A stretch of 39,903 nucleotides of DNA, taken from Ignavibacteriales bacterium. Its GTDB lineage: Bacteria; Bacteroidota; Ignavibacteria; Ignavibacteriales; Melioribacteraceae. The notes below the pieces were generated by a model. That model was not told the origin of the DNA and searched no databases. It saw only the letters and a list, made by a program, of their open reading frames with translations. Shown one piece after another: positions 36,874-39,903 of this stretch. Numbering within the stretch: position 1 is the first letter of the stretch; the number at the start of each line of letters is the position of its first letter. The position numbers were made by a program, and so were the translations under genes. The stretch lies in the NCBI GenBank assembly GCA_007280825.1, contig QYQI01000100.1, positions 1 through 39,903 on the forward strand, read 5' to 3'.

Positions 36874-38163
36874 TTATATTGAAGTAAATTTATCTTCGAA
36901 GAACATTTTACATTTGTTAATCACAGCAATAGATTTACCAGTCATAAGACGTTTATCAAATGGTGAGTTTTTCGCTTTGGATTTAAATTTATTTATGTCA
37001 GCAGTCCATATCTGATCAGGATCAAAAATTGTAAGATTAGCAACCTCACCTATTTTTATTTGTGGAATTGGGATGCTTAAAATCTTTCTGGGATTAATTG
37101 CCATCTTCTCAATTACCTGAGAAACGGTTAAATGTTTTTTATGAACTAACTCACTCATCACTAAACTGAGTTCCGTCTCAAGTCCAATTATACCATTTGG
37201 TGCAAAAATAAATTCCATTTCTTTTTCTTCAATGGCGTGAGGGGCATGATCACTAGCAATACAATCAATCGTTCCATCTTTCAAACCTTCAATTATTGCT
37301 TCTACATCTGCTCGTGATCGCAAGGGAGGATTCATTTTGTAATTCGTATCATAAGTTTTTAGAAGATCATCAGTCAATGTAAAATGATGCGGTGTTACTT
37401 CAGCAGTAACACTAATTTTGTTTTTCTTTGCTTGTCTGACAAGCTCAACAGATTTCTTTGAACTGATATGGGCAATATGAACTTTACCGCCTGTAAAATC
37501 AGCAAGCATAATATCTCTCATTACTATTAGATCTTCTGCAACTTTTGGAATGCCGGGTAGTCCTAAAGTAGTTGAAATCAATCCCTCATTCATTACGCCT
37601 TCTGCCATAGATTCATCTTCACAATGTTCAATGATAGGTGTTCCAAAATTTATAGAGTACTCAAGAGCATTTCGTAAAACACCTGCGTTCTTAATAGCAA
37701 CACCATCATCCGAAAACGCAACTGCACCGGCTTCGAATAATTCATACATTGGTGAAAGAGCTTCTCCCTTTCTCGCAAGCGTTGCTGCGGCAACAGGATA
37801 AACATCAACTAAGTGATCTTTGGCTTTCTCTTTAATAAAACGTACAATTTCTGCTGAATCTATATTTGGATCCGTATTTGGCATACAAGCTACTCCGGTA
37901 AATCCTCCGGCGGCGGCGGCATTGCTTCCGGTTTCAACAGTTTCTTCATCCTCTCTTCCCGGTTCTCGTAGGTGAACATGCATATCAAAAAATCCCGGGG
38001 AACATAGTTTATTATCAAAATCAAAAACTTTCGATGATTTGAAATCTGCTTCTTTCAGTCCATCAATCTTTTCAATAATCCCGTCGTTAATAAGTAAATC
38101 ACTTTTTTGATTTAACTTTTGTTCCGGATTTAATATTAAAACTTGTTTAAGAATAATTTTCAT
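36874..38163 (-). CDS. pyrC: Dihydroorotase
   Basis: Amidohydrolase metal motifs DMHVHLREPG and SDHAPH. 429 aa. Follows pyrB. Confidence 0.93.
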   Translation of the reverse strand: MKIILKQVLILNPEQKLNQKSDLLINDGIIEKIDGLKEADFKSSKVFDFDNKLCSPGFFDMHVHLREPGREDEETVETGSNAAAAGGFTGVACMPNTDPNIDSAEIVRFIKEKAKDHLVDVYPVAAATLARKGEALSPMYELFEAGAVAFSDDGVAIKNAGVLRNALEYSINFGTPIIEHCEDESMAEGVMNEGLISTTLGLPGIPKVAEDLIVMRDIMLADFTGGKVHIAHISSKKSVELVRQAKKNKISVTAEVTPHHFTLTDDLLKTYDTNYKMNPPLRSRADVEAIIEGLKDGTIDCIASDHAPHAIEEKEMEFIFAPNGIIGLETELSLVMSELVHKKHLTVSQVIEKMAINPRKILSIPIPQIKIGEVANLTIFDPDQIWTADINKFKSKAKNSPFDKRLMTGKSIAVINKCKMFFEDKFTSI

Positions 38164-38178
38164 TTCTCACCTTTTATC

Positions 38179-39099
38179 TTAATGCATTGTACCGAGTAGG
38201 TATAAAACAGCCATGCGTACAGCAACTCCATTAGTAACTTGATCAAGAATTACTTGATACGGACCATCAGCAACTTCAGATGAAAGTTCAACGCCCCTGT
38301 TAATTGGTCCAGGATGCAGTATTACAATTTCTTTATTAAACTTTTCTATTCGATCGGAAGTAATTCCAAAATATTTATGATACTCTCTTAACGAAGGAAT
38401 TCTTGTTCCGGCGTTTCTTTCAAGCTGAATTCTCAAAACGTTGAGAACATCGTTCTTCGCGATAGCTTCATCTATGTTTGTAAATATTTTCACGCCTAAT
38501 GATTCAATTCCTAATGGAATCATTGTAGCCGGTCCGCAAACCGATACAATCGCACCCATTGATTTCAAACCAAAAATATTTGAAAGTGCTACACGGCTAT
38601 GAGCAATGTCCCCAACAATACAAACTTTTAGCCCTTCAAGTTTACCAAGACGTTCTTTAATCGAATACATATCAAGCAATCCTTGAGTAGGATGCTCGTG
38701 GAGACCATCTCCCGCATTAATGATATTCGCTTTAGAGATTCGAGTTAAGTATTGCGGCACACCGGCTGATTTATGACGAACAACTATCATGTCTACTTTC
38801 ATTGCTTCAATGTTACGGACAGTATCTTTAAATGTTTCTCCTTTTTTTACGCTGCTTGTCGAAGTTGAAAAATTTATTGTGTCGGCTGAAAGGCGTTTCT
38901 GAGCAAGTTCGAAAGAAATTCTTGTACGTGTAGAGTCTTCATAAAAAAGATTTACAATTGTTTTTCCTTGAAGGGTCGGTACTTTCTTGATCGGCCGTTC
39001 AAGAACTTCTCGAAACGTAGTTGCAGTATCAAGGATCAATTGAATATCTTCTTTGGGTACACCATTTAGACCTAATAAATGTCTGCTTGATAATGACAT
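38179..39099 (-). CDS. pyrB: Aspartate carbamoyltransferase catalytic subunit
   Basis: Carbamoyl-phosphate motif STRTR (EDSTRTRISFE), HEHPTQGLLD and HPGPINRG. Confidence 0.96.
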   Translation of the reverse strand: MSLSSRHLLGLNGVPKEDIQLILDTATTFREVLERPIKKVPTLQGKTIVNLFYEDSTRTRISFELAQKRLSADTINFSTSTSSVKKGETFKDTVRNIEAMKVDMIVVRHKSAGVPQYLTRISKANIINAGDGLHEHPTQGLLDMYSIKERLGKLEGLKVCIVGDIAHSRVALSNIFGLKSMGAIVSVCGPATMIPLGIESLGVKIFTNIDEAIAKNDVLNVLRIQLERNAGTRIPSLREYHKYFGITSDRIEKFNKEIVILHPGPINRGVELSSEVADGPYQVILDQVTNGVAVRMAVLYLLGTMH

Positions 39100-39109
39100 G
39101 ATTTTCTCT

Positions 39110-39658
39110 CTAATTTTTACTCGGAGCGTTAACTAAATAAACAGCATCTTCACCGTCTGTTTCTTTTATGCGTACACGGACTTCTTCATTAATTGATGTT
39201 GGAATATTTTTCCCGACAAAATCCGCACGGATTGGTAATTCTCGGTGACCACGATCCACTAAAACACAAAGCTGAATAGTATTTGGCCGCCCAAGATCCA
39301 TTAATGCATCAAGTGCTGCACGAACAGTTCTGCCTGTGTAAAGAACATCGTCAATCAGAATTACATCGCGATCATTAATATCAAATGTAAAGTTGGTTAC
39401 AGAAATTTCCGGTTGTTTAAGACGTGTACGGAAATCATCGCGATAAAGAGTAACATCAAGCACACCATAACTGGGAATTGATTTATCAATTTCTGTAATT
39501 TTTTGTTTGATTCTTTCTGCAATAAATTCACCGCGAGTTCGCATACCAATTAGTACAAGGTTTTTTGATCCTTTGTTCTTTTCTAAAATTTCGTGCGCAA
39601 GGCGGGTCAGTGTTCTGTTCAATCCTTCTTCGTCAATAATTTTTGCTTTTATATCCAT
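39110..39658 (-). CDS. pyrR: Bifunctional pyrimidine operon regulator / uracil phosphoribosyltransferase PyrR
   Basis: 182 aa with the PRPP-binding motif VILIDDVLYTGRTVRAA. First gene of the pyrR-pyrB-pyrC unit. Confidence 0.95.
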   Translation of the reverse strand: MDIKAKIIDEEGLNRTLTRLAHEILEKNKGSKNLVLIGMRTRGEFIAERIKQKITEIDKSIPSYGVLDVTLYRDDFRTRLKQPEISVTNFTFDINDRDVILIDDVLYTGRTVRAALDALMDLGRPNTIQLCVLVDRGHRELPIRADFVGKNIPTSINEEVRVRIKETDGEDAVYLVNAPSKN

Positions 39659-39750
39659 AGAGTTAGCCTCTGGCTAATAAAAAAAATCCTCGTTGACTTT
39701 TCAGTCGCCGAGGTCTCAATTTTGTTTCCTATTTTAATTTTGTTTTTCAT
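39649..39750 (-). CDS. Candidate 33-codon leader ORF spanning the pyrR attenuator
   Basis: My translation is MKNKIKIGNKIETSATEKSTRIFFISQRLTLWI*. The ATG is at 39750, with GGAGAG 11 nt upstream inside the upstream PyrR-like box. The ORF reads through both arms of the terminator. Its stop TAA (39651-39649) overlaps pyrR codons 3-4 out of frame. Confidence 0.3.
   Translation of the reverse strand: MKNKIKIGNKIETSATEKSTRIFFISQRLTLWI
39663..39677 (-). promoter_or_regulatory. PyrR-box-like hairpin enclosing the pyrR Shine-Dalgarno
   Basis: The minus strand reads UUAGCC-AGA-GGCUAA, ending 4 nt before the pyrR AUG. AGCCAGAGGCU resembles the PyrR binding-loop consensus ARUCCAGAGAGGYU (recalled) with a 2-nt deletion. 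The AGAGG Shine-Dalgarno lies inside the hairpin. Confidence 0.4.
39679..39713 (-). terminator. Intrinsic terminator (attenuator) in the pyrR leader
   Basis: The minus strand reads CCUCG-gc-GAC-ugaaaa-GUC-aa-CGAGG-A-UUUUUUUU. It sits between the putative promoter and the pyrR start. Confidence 0.55.
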
Positions 39751-39756
39751 CCCTTG

Positions 39757-39770
39757 CCTATCTCTCCGGA
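39757..39770 (-). promoter_or_regulatory. Upstream PyrR-box-like element
   Basis: The minus strand reads CCUUUAACUUUAUCCGGAGAGAUAGGCAAGGG. The outer pairing is CCUU/AAGG and the inner pairing UAUC/GAUA. The core UCCGGAGAG compares with consensus UCCAGAGAG. About 10 of 14 positions match the recalled consensus. Confidence 0.4.
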
Positions 39771-39837
39771 TAAAGTTAAAGGAAAATCTCTTGCGTAAAG
39801 TTAGACTAAATTAAATTTATTACAAAATAAATTTAAA

Positions 39838-39867
39838 ACTATAAAAAAAGCAACGTATTTTTTGCAA
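39838..39867 (-). promoter_or_regulatory. Possible sigma-70-type promoter for the pyr operon
   Basis: The minus strand reads TTGCAA-18 nt-TATAGT, roughly 75 nt upstream of the first PyrR-like box. The 18-nt spacer is one longer than optimal. Confidence 0.3.
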
Positions 39868-39903
39868 GCTCAGCATGGCTTATATCCTGTATCTTATACA
39901 AAT

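Noticed and set aside
1-39903. Search by eye for CRISPR arrays, IS elements or transposases, rRNA, and toxin-antitoxin or defence-island signatures
   Set aside because: I saw no regularly spaced repeats, no transposase-, integrase- or recombinase-like ORFs, and no rRNA-like segments. Every ORF over 100 aa was assigned as a listed gene or a rejected shadow ORF. The window is core chromosome apart from the units flagged in the findings.

Overview
Visibly AT-rich bacterial chromosomal segment. Gene content and order suggest the FCB group (Ignavibacteriota/Bacteroidota-like): a DUF4783-like protein, and a dcw cluster with no murB or ddl. This placement is inference only. Most of the window is core housekeeping on the minus strand. 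It holds a truncated Wza-like exporter, rfbB and an OM beta-barrel protein. These are followed by a complete 14-gene dcw cluster, mraZ-rsmH-ftsL-ftsI-murE-murF-mraY-murD-ftsW-murG-murC-ftsQ-ftsA-ftsZ (18796 down to 2843). Next come tRNA-Thr(CGU), a tiny unlisted bS22-like ribosomal protein gene, a zinc-ribbon/TPR protein and HU. At the right edge is pyrR-pyrB-pyrC with a structured leader. The plus strand carries two tandem paralogous orphan membrane proteins, copZ-copA and a POT transporter. I found no CRISPR array, transposase, integrase or rRNA. The least ordinary part is 26917-35825. It is a terminator-delimited, start/stop-overlapping four-gene unit: a DUF4783-like exported protein, a 1274-aa roughly 12-TM orphan sensor kinase, a 1174-aa UvrD/AddA-type helicase with a Cys4 Cas4/AddB-type nuclease, and a lipoprotein amidase. 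Other points worth a second look are the orphan paralog pair at 20601-21804, a 33-codon leader ORF spanning the pyrR attenuator, and a 33-aa membrane ORF just after ftsZ. All calls rest on reading the sequence and recalling family motifs; no searches were run.
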